Positions 1-8,164 of a DNA stretch of 24,000 nt are shown piece after piece. Position 1 is the stretch's first letter; each line of letters begins with the position of its first letter. The stretch is from Patescibacteria group bacterium. GTDB taxonomy: Bacteria; Patescibacteriota; Minisyncoccia; Minisyncoccales; GCA-002788555. The notes under the pieces were generated by a model. That model was given only the letters and a program-made list of their open reading frames with translations, did not search any database and was not told where the DNA came from. Where the stretch lies: the NCBI GenBank assembly GCA_043803845.1, contig JAZDJT010000005.1, positions 10,771-34,770 on the forward strand, given 5' to 3'. The translations under genes were made by a program, and so were the position numbers.

Positions 1-2
1 TA

Positions 3-1070
3 CCACAGAGAATTCATTCTGGCGTCGTCGCTCGTATCAAAATACTCTCTAATCTAAAATTAGACGAGCACCGATTGCCACAAGACGGCAGATTTAAGAT
101 AGAGACAGAAGACTACAGAATCTCTTTCAGGGTATCAATCTTGCCAACTTTTTTTGGCGAAAAGATAGTGATGAGACTTTTACCAGAAACATCAAGGGCT
201 TTAAATCTTGAGGAGCTTGGTTTCAGAGGAGAATCCCTGGAAAAAGTACACTTTAACATAAAAAGACCAACCGGCCTTGTTTTAGTCACTGGTCCTACAG
301 GGTGTGGTAAAACCACGACTTTGTATTCGATATTGGATATTCTCAATACTCCAGAAGTCAACATTTCTACCATTGAAGACCCCGTAGAATATACAATGCC
401 CAGGATTAATCAAACTCAGGTTAATTCCCAAATAGGGCTTACTTTCGCTAACGGTTTAAGGTCCTTGGTCAGACAGGATCCTAATATTATTATGGTTGGA
501 GAAATAAGAGATATAGAAACTGCTTCTTTAGCGGTAAATGCCGCCCTAACTGGTCACCTTGTTCTCTCAACTTTACATACCAATAGTGCTGCAGGAGCTA
601 TCCCTAGACTGCTCGATATGAAAGTAGAGCCATTTTTGATTGCTTCGACCCTCAAAGTTGTCATCGCACAAAGGCTTGTAAGAAAACTGTGCTCGGATTT
701 CAAAGAATATTTTCTTAGCAAGGAGGAGATAAAAAACCTTAGTAAAAGATATAGTACAGAAAAGATTTTAAAGGTTTTGAGAGAAGAGAAGGTAGTAAAA
801 GAAAACCAGACCTATGAAAATATTAAATTTGGCAGGCCTAAGGATGTGCCGTCGTGTCCCGGTGGTTATAAAGGAAGGATAGGAATATATGAGATTCTTG
901 AAGTTACTGAAACCATTAAAGAATTAATTAATAAAGGAAGGACTGCTGACGAAATTCAAGAACAAGCCGAGAAAGAACATATGAGAACAATGTTGGAAGA
1001 CGGCTTCAGTAAGGCCGCTCAAAGAATTACTTCCGTAGAAGAAGTGCTGAGAGTAATAAGAGAAGGGTAG
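3..1070 (+). CDS. pilB: Type IV pilus/T2SS assembly ATPase, PilB/GspE family (5' end outside the window)
   Basis: The frame is open from nt 3, upstream of the listed TTG at 75. It reads PQRIHSGVVARIKILSNLKLDEHRLPQDGRF, a GspE-family signature. Walker A GPTGCGKTT, Asp box EDPVE, Walker B IIMVGEIRD and His box LTGHLVLSTLHTN are present. Stop TAG at 1068-1070. Confidence 0.9.
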   Translation, partial: PQRIHSGVVARIKILSNLKLDEHRLPQDGRFKIETEDYRISFRVSILPTFFGEKIVMRLLPETSRALNLEELGFRGESLEKVHFNIKRPTGLVLVTGPTGCGKTTTLYSILDILNTPEVNISTIEDPVEYTMPRINQTQVNSQIGLTFANGLRSLVRQDPNIIMVGEIRDIETASLAVNAALTGHLVLSTLHTNSAAGAIPRLLDMKVEPFLIASTLKVVIAQRLVRKLCSDFKEYFLSKEEIKNLSKRYSTEKILKVLREEKVVKENQTYENIKFGRPKDVPSCPGGYKGRIGIYEILEVTETIKELINKGRTADEIQEQAEKEHMRTMLEDGFSKAAQRITSVEEVLRVIREG

Positions 1071-1075
1071 AAGAG

Positions 1076-1145
1076 ACAAATGGCAAATTACAAATAGCAT
1101 AAAACAAATAACAAATAGCAGATAACAGTTAACAGAAAACATAGA
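1076..1145. repeat. About ten phased tandem degenerate heptamers (consensus ACAAATA, RCA kept in every unit)
   Basis: Reading 7-mers from 1076 gives ACAAATG GCAAATT ACAAATA GCATAAA ACAAATA ACAAATA GCAGATA ACAGTTA ACAGAAA ACATAGA. The 10-mer ACAAATAGCA occurs at 1090 and 1111, 21 nt apart. Confidence 0.8.
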
Positions 1146-1190
1146 TTCGTATATTCGTATCCGCCAGCTGGCGGAATTCGTAAATTCGTA
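1145..1190. promoter_or_regulatory. Composite element: ATTCGTA x2, a perfect 16-bp palindrome TCCGCCAGCTGGCGGA, then ATTCGTA x2, ending 10 nt before the pilC start
   Basis: ATTCGTA lies at 1145-1151, 1153-1159, 1176-1182 and 1184-1190, all in the same orientation. The palindrome is at 1160-1175 (6-bp GC-rich stem, AGCT centre). No U-tract follows, so it is not a classical intrinsic terminator. Confidence 0.6.
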
Positions 1191-1200
1191 GTGTGTTAAT

Positions 1201-2412
1201 ATGCCGGTTTTAAAATATAAAGCGAGAACTCTTTCTGGTGACATAATTTCGGGAAATCAAGAGGCAAAAGACGAAAAAGAATTAGCTAAGATTCTTCTTG
1301 AGAAAAATTACATCCTAGTTTCTCTAGGGGAAAAGGCAGAAAAAAAAACAGGAGAGATTAATCTCAGTTTTAGAAAAAGCGTTTCTTTGATAGATAAAAT
1401 GATGTTTACACGCCATCTTGGATTAATGGTTGATTCTGGTTTCCCTTTTGACAAATCTTTATCCGTCTTAGCGGAGCAAACTAAAAACAAAAATTTTAAA
1501 AAGATAATCCTCGAACTTAAGGAAGACGTTAGTAGAGGCGCTAGCTTCTCTGACACCCTACGTAAACACCCTAAAGTTTTTAACCATCTCTATTGCAGCA
1601 TGGTAAAAGTAGGCGAAGAAACAGGTAATTTGAGAGAAGTTTTGGAAATTTTGGCCGAACAGATGAGAAAAGACCACGAATTGATTTCGCGAGTAAAGGG
1701 AGCTATGACCTATCCCGCAGTTATTATAATAGTCATGATTCTTATCGGAACTTTAATGATGATTGTTATAATCCCTAAATTCTCTCAACTATTTGAAGAC
1801 TTAGATGTTTCTCTCCCGGTAACTACTGCGATTATTATGGGTATAGGTAATTTTATGGCTGAATTTTGGTACATAATACCGCTGTTTTTTGTTTTTTTAA
1901 TCTTCGCCTACCGCACTTTTAGCAGAACCAAAAAAGGAAAAAGATTTTTTGACTGGTGTTCTATAAAATTACCTTTAATTGGTCAACTTAATGTAAAAAT
2001 AAACACGGCGAGGACCTCTCGTATCTTAACATCCCTTTTAAGAAGTGGTGTTCCTATTGTTACAACTCTAGAAATATTATCAGACACCCTATCAAATTCT
2101 TATTACAAGGAAGCTATAAATAATGCCGTTAAAGACATACAAAAAGGGAAGCCTCTCTTTAAAAGTTTCGCTCCTTACGAAAAAATATATACCTTTTTAT
2201 TAATACAGATGTTGGAAGTGGGAGAAGAAACAGGAAAATTAGATACGATACTTGGTAGCTTAGCAGAATTCTACGAATTAGAAGTAGAAAACATCACCAA
2301 AAACCTCGCTTCTATAATTGAGCCAGTCTTAATGGTAATTATTGGAGGGGCAGTTGGTTTCTTCGCTCTTTCTATTTTCCAACCAATCTATTCAATAATG
2401 GGAAGCTTATAG
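1201..2412 (+). CDS. pilC: Type IV pilus platform protein, PilC/GspF family
   Basis: 403 aa with duplicated T2SSF-like halves, each carrying the conserved motif (MVKVGEETGNLREVL and MLEVGEETGKLDTIL). Three hydrophobic segments fall at typical positions. It lies directly downstream of the ATPase. Confidence 0.9.
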   Translation: MPVLKYKARTLSGDIISGNQEAKDEKELAKILLEKNYILVSLGEKAEKKTGEINLSFRKSVSLIDKMMFTRHLGLMVDSGFPFDKSLSVLAEQTKNKNFKKIILELKEDVSRGASFSDTLRKHPKVFNHLYCSMVKVGEETGNLREVLEILAEQMRKDHELISRVKGAMTYPAVIIIVMILIGTLMMIVIIPKFSQLFEDLDVSLPVTTAIIMGIGNFMAEFWYIIPLFFVFLIFAYRTFSRTKKGKRFFDWCSIKLPLIGQLNVKINTARTSRILTSLLRSGVPIVTTLEILSDTLSNSYYKEAINNAVKDIQKGKPLFKSFAPYEKIYTFLLIQMLEVGEETGKLDTILGSLAEFYELEVENITKNLASIIEPVLMVIIGGAVGFFALSIFQPIYSIMGSL

Positions 2413-2435
2413 AAAAAAATTACTGAATTTAGATT

Positions 2436-2876
2436 ATGTCAAATAGTCAGGGTTTTACCCTTATAGAAATTCTAATAGTTATTTCTATTATAGTTATTTT
2501 AGGAGGAGTAGGCTTGGAAAGCCTAAGAAGCATTCAACCTTCACTTGAGTTAAACAGTGTCAGTCGTGACCTTATTACCGATATTCGCTATGCCCAAGAG
2601 TTGGCTGTTGCGGAGCAAACTGTGCACGGAATGTGTTTTTTTATATCCGAAAATAAGTATAACGTTGTGAGATATGGTACGGTAGAAGAGACGATAATAG
2701 AAAAAAATCTCCCCTCAGCAATCTCTTTTCAGGAGATTAATGGTTTTTCTGGTGATTGTTTAAAGTTTAATCCTTATGGTAGTGTCTGGGAGAGTGGTAA
2801 TGTAATACTAATCAATAGTAAGGGCGAAACAAAAAATATTGAGATAAAACCATCGGGATTTTCTAAATTTATTTAA
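2436..2876 (+). CDS. Prepilin-type N-terminal cleavage/methylation protein, FimT/GspH-like minor pilin
   Basis: The N-terminus MSNSQG|FTLIEILIVISIIVILGG has a 6-aa leader, Gly-1, Phe+1 and Glu+5. The downstream stretch SVSRDLITDIRYAQELAV resembles the GspH/FimT helix region. Whether this is a minor or a major subunit cannot be settled here. Confidence 0.75.
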   Translation: MSNSQGFTLIEILIVISIIVILGGVGLESLRSIQPSLELNSVSRDLITDIRYAQELAVAEQTVHGMCFFISENKYNVVRYGTVEETIIEKNLPSAISFQEINGFSGDCLKFNPYGSVWESGNVILINSKGETKNIEIKPSGFSKFI

Positions 2877-2882
2877 TTTTCT

Positions 2883-3461
2883 ATGAACCATTTCCGGAGG
2901 AAAAAAGAATATGAGACTCCAACGAAATTATATTCGTGGTATCCTATCTGCATACTTTGTGGAAAGCAAAATTTCTCTGAAGGAAAACAATATTTGTATT
3001 CATCGCCAAGCTTGCATCCCAGGTTTTCTACTAAGGCAGATGAAAGTTTCACTTTGATTGAAACAATGTTAGCGATTTTTATTTTGGTAGTAGGAATTTT
3101 TGGTTGTTCACAGATTTTTCCTTTTGGCTTATCAATTGAAAAGTCATCCGAAATGTCCATGATAGCCACTCAATTCGCTCAAGCAAAGATTGAAGAATTG
3201 ATTTCAAAGTCTTACGATGAAATTATTTGTACGGCTTCTTTGCCTCCTTGTGAAGATATAGAGAATCCTCTTGCTGAAAATAATGCTTTTCAAAGGGAAA
3301 CCAACATAAAATTTTCTGACCCCTTGAATAATTTACAGGAACCAAATCCTTCAAACACTGATGGCGGGATAAAAAAAATAGAAGTATTAGTCTCTTGGAA
3401 GTCTCCTTTTTCGGCCGTTGAAGAAAACATAACAATCGTCACTATCGTAGCAATAAAATGA
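2883..3461 (+). CDS. Pilin-like protein, PilV/GspI-like (start uncertain)
   Basis: The internal motif ES|FTLIETMLAIFILVVGIFG starts at nt 3048 with Glu+5. The ATG at 2883 would give a 55-aa leader. In-frame TTG codons at 2994 (GAAGGA 9 nt upstream) or 3012 give leaders of 18 or 12 aa and look more plausible. The stop overlaps the next start (ATGA at 3458-3461). Confidence 0.65.
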   Translation: MNHFRRKKEYETPTKLYSWYPICILCGKQNFSEGKQYLYSSPSLHPRFSTKADESFTLIETMLAIFILVVGIFGCSQIFPFGLSIEKSSEMSMIATQFAQAKIEELISKSYDEIICTASLPPCEDIENPLAENNAFQRETNIKFSDPLNNLQEPNPSNTDGGIKKIEVLVSWKSPFSAVEENITIVTIVAIK

Positions 3462-4285
3462 GAAACAGTTTTTATATCGCAATCATTAAAAATAAAAAAA
3501 ATCGGAGTTTCACCTTAACAGAAACGCTAGTTAGTATCACTATTTTAGTGTTAATAATCGGTGCTATCTCCTCCCTTTACGTGATGAACCAGAAGGCTTT
3601 TAAGGAAGGAGAGAGGAATAGTGAGCTTAACCAGAACGGTAGAGTAGTCATGGAAAGAATAGTAAGAGAAATCCGTCAGACAGATGAAATCGTAACGCCT
3701 CTTCCTGATGTCCCCGATAACCCAGCTAGTCCACCTCCTGCGGAGATTTTGTTTCACGATGGACATCTTTCAATGGTTTCTGAAACAGCTATGTCCCAGG
3801 GCGGTTCTCCAAATACAATACAACTGAGCACTTTAGCGTCTAGCCAGAACGATTACTACAAAGATGCTTTTGTGAAGATAATCTCAGGAACGGGCTTGGA
3901 TCAGACAAAAAAAATTATTAATTATAACGGCTCAACAAAGATAGCCGTTATACAAGGAAGTTGGGATACTAACCCAGATAGTACTTCCAACTACAGGATA
4001 GACACTTTTTATTATTATATTTATTATGTTAAAGATAATTCTAACTTAAAGAGGAAAATATTGGTTTATTATTTTTCCGGAGATCCTGACACTTACGTTT
4101 CATGGAATGCTGAACCTCCGATCAACGAAACTTTGCAGGAGCAAATATTAGAAGAAGAAGTGGTAGGGGAATATTTGAAAACATTAAAATTTTGGGATAG
4201 CCCTGTGGTAAACATCGAAATTGTTCTGGGAGACGGTGAAAAGAGCATAGAATTAGAAACCGAAGTTTTTGGGAGGAACCTTTAA
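3458..4285 (+). CDS. Pilin-like protein, PilW/GspJ-like
   Basis: The N-terminus is MRNSFYIAIIKNKKNRS|FTLTETLVSITILVLIIGAISSLYV, followed by NQNGRVVMERIVREIRQ. This matches the PilW pattern (hydrophobic helix, SSL, NGR, basic helix). 275 aa. Confidence 0.65.
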   Translation: MRNSFYIAIIKNKKNRSFTLTETLVSITILVLIIGAISSLYVMNQKAFKEGERNSELNQNGRVVMERIVREIRQTDEIVTPLPDVPDNPASPPPAEILFHDGHLSMVSETAMSQGGSPNTIQLSTLASSQNDYYKDAFVKIISGTGLDQTKKIINYNGSTKIAVIQGSWDTNPDSTSNYRIDTFYYYIYYVKDNSNLKRKILVYYFSGDPDTYVSWNAEPPINETLQEQILEEEVVGEYLKTLKFWDSPVVNIEIVLGDGEKSIELETEVFGRNL

Positions 4286-4301
4286 TTTTAAAATCTTTGC
4301 C

Positions 4302-5630
4302 ATGAAAAATTATATTTTACAAAATAAAGAGAAATATTTAAGCTTCGTATCAGTATTAGCGTTGGTCTCTTTATCGTTGTTATTAATCTTGGGAGTATAT
4401 TTTGTAACCTTTATCTTAACAGAATTGAAAATGTCAAAAAGTTACAGTTTAGCAGCAAAGACATATTACTTAGCTGAAGCTGGCATTAATGAGGCGATTT
4501 GGAAATTAAAAAATGATGATACTACAGCTGACGGTGATGACGCTTGGAGTGAAAAATTTGTAGATCAACCCGAGTGCGCCACCTGGTCAGCTAATTTCGA
4601 GAGAACCAATGTTCTATTTGAAAATTCCTATTACTCGGTTTCTATTCAAAATACTGCTTGCGCCAAAGGCGAGATAGTTTCCATCGCCAAGATCACCCTT
4701 CCTAACCAGAAGACCACTCAAAGGGTAGTCAAGACGAAAGTTTTTAAAGCTTTAAACCCTAGCTCCACACAAAGCAGTGCTATTTTTAGCGGAGGTTCAA
4801 GCGAGGTTATAACCATAAGAAGTACTTTATTAGACATATACAATGGAAATTTTTTTAGCAATAATAATATTTTAATTAGGGGAGGTAGTGTTGTTAATAT
4901 TAACGATAATCCTGCAACGCCAGAATTAGAAGGAAAAATTTTCGCAGAGAATAATATTACTGTCCAAGGTAGCGTTCTAAATTCTACTGCAAGATGTGCT
5001 CAAAATATTTGTGATGGTGAATGTGTGATATGTCCACCTGACAATATTGATATGCCGATGATTGACTTTGATTCGCCTGACCCCAACTCTTATAAAAGTA
5101 AGGCTCAAGCTACAGGGGTAGTTTATACTGAAGACGAGTTTGACGATTTACTTTGGGCGAATCCAGAACTTGTTTTAAACAACCTTGTTACCTACGTAAC
5201 TGGACCAATAGAATTAAAAGGCGGACAAAAATTGACTGTCAATGGTATTTTAGTAGCCGATGGCAGTGTAACAATAGGAGCAGTGAGTTGTTGGACTAAG
5301 AGTCTTTCTCAACGTTGTGGAAAAAGTGGGATAACGGTGAATCACATTCCTGGAGAAGCATCGGGGATTTTAACTAAAGGAAGTTTTAGTATAGGATCTT
5401 TTAGTTTGTCAACCAATATAGTTGGACTTTTGTACGCTCTTGATAAAATTGATTTGATTGGCCTGACAGAGAGATTTGAGATTACAGGTGGTTTAATGGG
5501 TAGAAAGATTTCTTTTATAAACGTCCCTCAAGGCGTCGCTACTTATAACGATGATATTGTTAAAGAGACGATAGGAGAACCAATCTATTCGCCCGTGGTG
5601 ACTATAGAACATTGGGAAGAAACATATTAA
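4302..5630 (+). CDS. Large PilX/GspK/ComGG-like protein with a beta-helix-like, Cys-containing C-terminal region
   Basis: From the ATG at 4302 it reads MKNYILQNKEKYLSFVSVLALVSLSLLLILGVYFVTFILTELKMSKSYSLAAKTYYLAEAGINEA. This is PilX_N-like: a hydrophobic helix with no FxxxE, then an A-E-A-G helix. The ORF track starts earlier at TTG 4269; the start is uncertain. It occupies the fourth position of the pilin quartet. Confidence 0.5.
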   Translation: MKNYILQNKEKYLSFVSVLALVSLSLLLILGVYFVTFILTELKMSKSYSLAAKTYYLAEAGINEAIWKLKNDDTTADGDDAWSEKFVDQPECATWSANFERTNVLFENSYYSVSIQNTACAKGEIVSIAKITLPNQKTTQRVVKTKVFKALNPSSTQSSAIFSGGSSEVITIRSTLLDIYNGNFFSNNNILIRGGSVVNINDNPATPELEGKIFAENNITVQGSVLNSTARCAQNICDGECVICPPDNIDMPMIDFDSPDPNSYKSKAQATGVVYTEDEFDDLLWANPELVLNNLVTYVTGPIELKGGQKLTVNGILVADGSVTIGAVSCWTKSLSQRCGKSGITVNHIPGEASGILTKGSFSIGSFSLSTNIVGLLYALDKIDLIGLTERFEITGGLMGRKISFINVPQGVATYNDDIVKETIGEPIYSPVVTIEHWEETY

Positions 5631-5663
5631 AAAAGATTTAGCTTATTTTAGTCGTTACAATTT

Positions 5664-5692
5664 TTGAATTTACGGAGGCTATCGATTATAAT
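5664..5692 (+). promoter_or_regulatory. Candidate sigma70-type promoter in front of pilM (TTGAAT-17-TATAAT)
   Basis: TTGAAT at 5664-5669, a 17-nt spacer, TATAAT at 5687-5692. It sits in the 64-nt gap after the PilX-like gene. The prediction comes from hexamers only, in an AT-rich background. Confidence 0.4.
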
Positions 5693-5694
5693 TA

Positions 5695-6912
5695 ATGATA
5701 ACATATATGGATTCACTGTCTCCAAAAAAATCATTCTTTGGCATAGACCTATCCGACCTTTCAGTAAAAATAGCTCAAGTAATAAAAAGAGGTTCTGTTT
5801 CGGTTTTAACAAGTCTTGGTAAGGAAGATATTCCTGCTGGTTTTTTTGAGAAAGGAGAGGTTTTAAAGGAGAAAGAGCTAATAAACATAATTCGGAAAGC
5901 TGTGAATAACGTGAGAGGCAGCGACATAAAAACTAAGTACGCAGTTTGTTCCCTCCCGGAAGATAGCGCCTTCATCAAAGTTGTACGTCTACCAAAGGTA
6001 GAAGATGACATAGAAGAGGTTATTAAATGGCAGATAGAACCAAATTTCCCCGTAAAATTAGAGGAAGTTTATTTCGACTGGGAACCGGTTAGACAAATAT
6101 CTAAGGGTAAAGATAAGTTAGCCAGCGATATACAAGTAGAAGAAGCTGTTTCCATAGCCGTAGTGCCTAAAAATATAGTAGATTCATATCTTTCTATCTT
6201 TCACAAGGCCGGTATTCAACCTATTGTTTTCGAGATAGAATCGATGGCCGTAGCCAGAAGTCTTATCAAGAATATTAATTCTCCTAAACCAGTAATTATT
6301 CTTGACATGGGAAAGTGTGGCACCGGTCTTACTATTTTTTCCGGGAGTACTATTCTTTTTTCTTCCCACATCAATATATCCGGTCAAGATTTGGATAGGG
6401 CCATAGCCAGAGAATTAAAAGTTAAGATAGAAGAAGCAGAAAAACTAAAAAAAGAAATAGGTCTAATAAACATTAAGAAGAAATGGAGAGTCTTTCATGT
6501 GCCAGTGGTGGAAAAGAATAATGAGAGAAGAGAAATTTCCGAATCAAAGTTGAACTTATTAAAGGCGATGAGAGAAGATAAGATTTTTGACGCCCTGATT
6601 CCTATCCTTACAGATTTTTCGGAACAAGTTGATCATTTCATTGATTATTTTAAGGATTTCGGGAATGTAGAATATGTGTCCGATAGTAAAATTTCAAAAA
6701 TTATTCTTTGCGGAGGAGAATCTAACTTAATTGGCCTATGTGATTTCCTGTCATCGTCCCTTAATTTGAAAGTAGAGCTTGGTGACCCATTAATAAATAT
6801 CTCTAAATATGCTTTTCCTCAAAAGGATAAAGACTATTTTGGAGGGCAGATTTTATCTTTCGTTACAGCGATAGGTTTGGCCGAGAGAAGAATACAATCG
6901 AAACCCCTTTGA
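5695..6912 (+). CDS. pilM: Type IV pilus assembly protein PilM (actin-like ATPase fold)
   Basis: FGIDLSDLSVKIAQV near the N-terminus, IVFEIESMAVARSL, ILDMGKCGTGLTIF and ILCGGESNLIGL are PilM/FtsA-like phosphate and adenosine motifs. Alternative start at ATG 5707. Confidence 0.8.
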   Translation: MITYMDSLSPKKSFFGIDLSDLSVKIAQVIKRGSVSVLTSLGKEDIPAGFFEKGEVLKEKELINIIRKAVNNVRGSDIKTKYAVCSLPEDSAFIKVVRLPKVEDDIEEVIKWQIEPNFPVKLEEVYFDWEPVRQISKGKDKLASDIQVEEAVSIAVVPKNIVDSYLSIFHKAGIQPIVFEIESMAVARSLIKNINSPKPVIILDMGKCGTGLTIFSGSTILFSSHINISGQDLDRAIARELKVKIEEAEKLKKEIGLINIKKKWRVFHVPVVEKNNERREISESKLNLLKAMREDKIFDALIPILTDFSEQVDHFIDYFKDFGNVEYVSDSKISKIILCGGESNLIGLCDFLSSSLNLKVELGDPLINISKYAFPQKDKDYFGGQILSFVTAIGLAERRIQSKPL

Positions 6913-6928
6913 TTATAAATAAATTTTT

Positions 6929-7588
6929 ATGCTGAACTTTAATCTTTTACCACCAGAAGGAAAAAGGGAATTAAAGATGGAAGAAATGAATTTACAATTA
7001 GGAAAGCTCTTGAGAGCAATTTTCTGGGTTTGGATTTTTTTTATAGTTCTTCTTGGGACGATTTATCTTTACCTTAGCATAATAGTAAAAGCTCAAAAAG
7101 AACTTATATTGACCAACGAGAATAATTCTCGATTTCAGGAGTTTCAAAAAATCGAAAGAGAAATCTCCGGAACTAACTTAAGAATAAATAAATTATATGG
7201 GATTCAACAGAAGTCTGTTTATTTTTCGCCGATAGTGGAAGAACTTGCTAGAATAATTTCTAGTGTTGACGGAGTGTACCTTAATAGTATCGAAATAACA
7301 CCTAAGACCGAGGTAATCACACTAGAGAATCCATCCTTGGGAGAGACCGTAACGCCATCAAACCAAAACGGTTCATCCAAGGAAGAAGAACAAACGGAAA
7401 ATCCTCAGGTCGTACAGAAGGATTATCTAGCTGGTAGTATAAGCGGTTTTGCAAAAAAGCGGGGAGAGGTTTTAGAGATGGAGAGTGCTTTAAGGGCGTC
7501 CATTTACTTTAAAGAAGTTATTTCTCCCTTGGAAAACATTATTTCTCCTGAAGACATAAACTTCGTCTTTGATTTTAAAATAAAATAG
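6929..7588 (+). CDS. pilN: PilN-like pilus assembly protein
   Basis: The N-terminus MLNFNLLPPEGKRE carries the PilN NLLP motif. One TM helix (IFWVWIFFIVLLGTIYLYLSII) and a coiled segment follow. It lies directly after pilM. Confidence 0.7.
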   Translation: MLNFNLLPPEGKRELKMEEMNLQLGKLLRAIFWVWIFFIVLLGTIYLYLSIIVKAQKELILTNENNSRFQEFQKIEREISGTNLRINKLYGIQQKSVYFSPIVEELARIISSVDGVYLNSIEITPKTEVITLENPSLGETVTPSNQNGSSKEEEQTENPQVVQKDYLAGSISGFAKKRGEVLEMESALRASIYFKEVISPLENIISPEDINFVFDFKIK

Positions 7589-7594
7589 AGTTTC

Positions 7595-8146
7595 ATGTCA
7601 TCTTTTAGAAAAATTTATCTTCTAATTGGGGTAGCCTTATTAATCAACGTTCTTTTAATAATCTTTTTGATTTTCCCATTGGTAAATAAAATTAAAGGTC
7701 TATCAAAAGAATATATGGTTGGTCGAGAAAGGATACATGAGATAGGAGAGAAGGAGGCCTTTCTCAAGAAACAAAAAGAGATATTGGAAATGGTAGAAAC
7801 TAATCTTACCGAGATAGAAAAATCTTTTTTGAGGTCAAACGAATTGGTTAACTTCATAGCTTCTCTTGAAAAAGTTGCAGGAGATAACAAAAGCTTGTTT
7901 AAAATTCAAGCTATTTCAGCACCCGACAAAGACAAACAATATTTCTCTTTTAATATTAATACTACAGGTTATTTCCCTGACTTTCTGAAATTTCTTTTCG
8001 CAATTGAAAACATCCCAGCTCTTCATTATAGGCTTATAGAGATAAAAAATATCACTATAAAACGTATTAATCCACCGACGGGTACTAATGCAGTGAATAT
8101 AGAAGTTAACTCTAATTTTGATATGAGAGTATATTCAGAGACTTAA
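7595..8146 (+). CDS. pilO: PilO-like pilus assembly protein
   Basis: It has an N-terminal TM helix and a coiled-coil stretch. TGYFPDFLKFLFAIENIPALHYRLIEIKNITI resembles the PilO G-x-Y-x-x-h-x-x-F-h core. It is third in the M-N-O order. Confidence 0.65.
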   Translation: MSSFRKIYLLIGVALLINVLLIIFLIFPLVNKIKGLSKEYMVGRERIHEIGEKEAFLKKQKEILEMVETNLTEIEKSFLRSNELVNFIASLEKVAGDNKSLFKIQAISAPDKDKQYFSFNINTTGYFPDFLKFLFAIENIPALHYRLIEIKNITIKRINPPTGTNAVNIEVNSNFDMRVYSET

Positions 8147-8164
8147 AAATAATATTTTTTAAAT

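Noticed and set aside
924-1244. 106-aa minus-strand ORF spanning the pilB-pilC spacer
   Set aside because: Its repetitive LFVICFMLFVIC sequence is simply the translation of the heptamer array. It overlaps the pilB 3' end and the pilC 5' end, and has no start context.
2883-2993. 55-aa leader on the PilV-like pilin, including a CILCGK stretch that could suggest a Zn-binding N-domain
   Set aside because: Class III signal peptides are short. In-frame TTG starts at 2994 (with GAAGGA upstream) or 3012 are more plausible. The extension is probably an ORF-calling artefact, though this is not proven.
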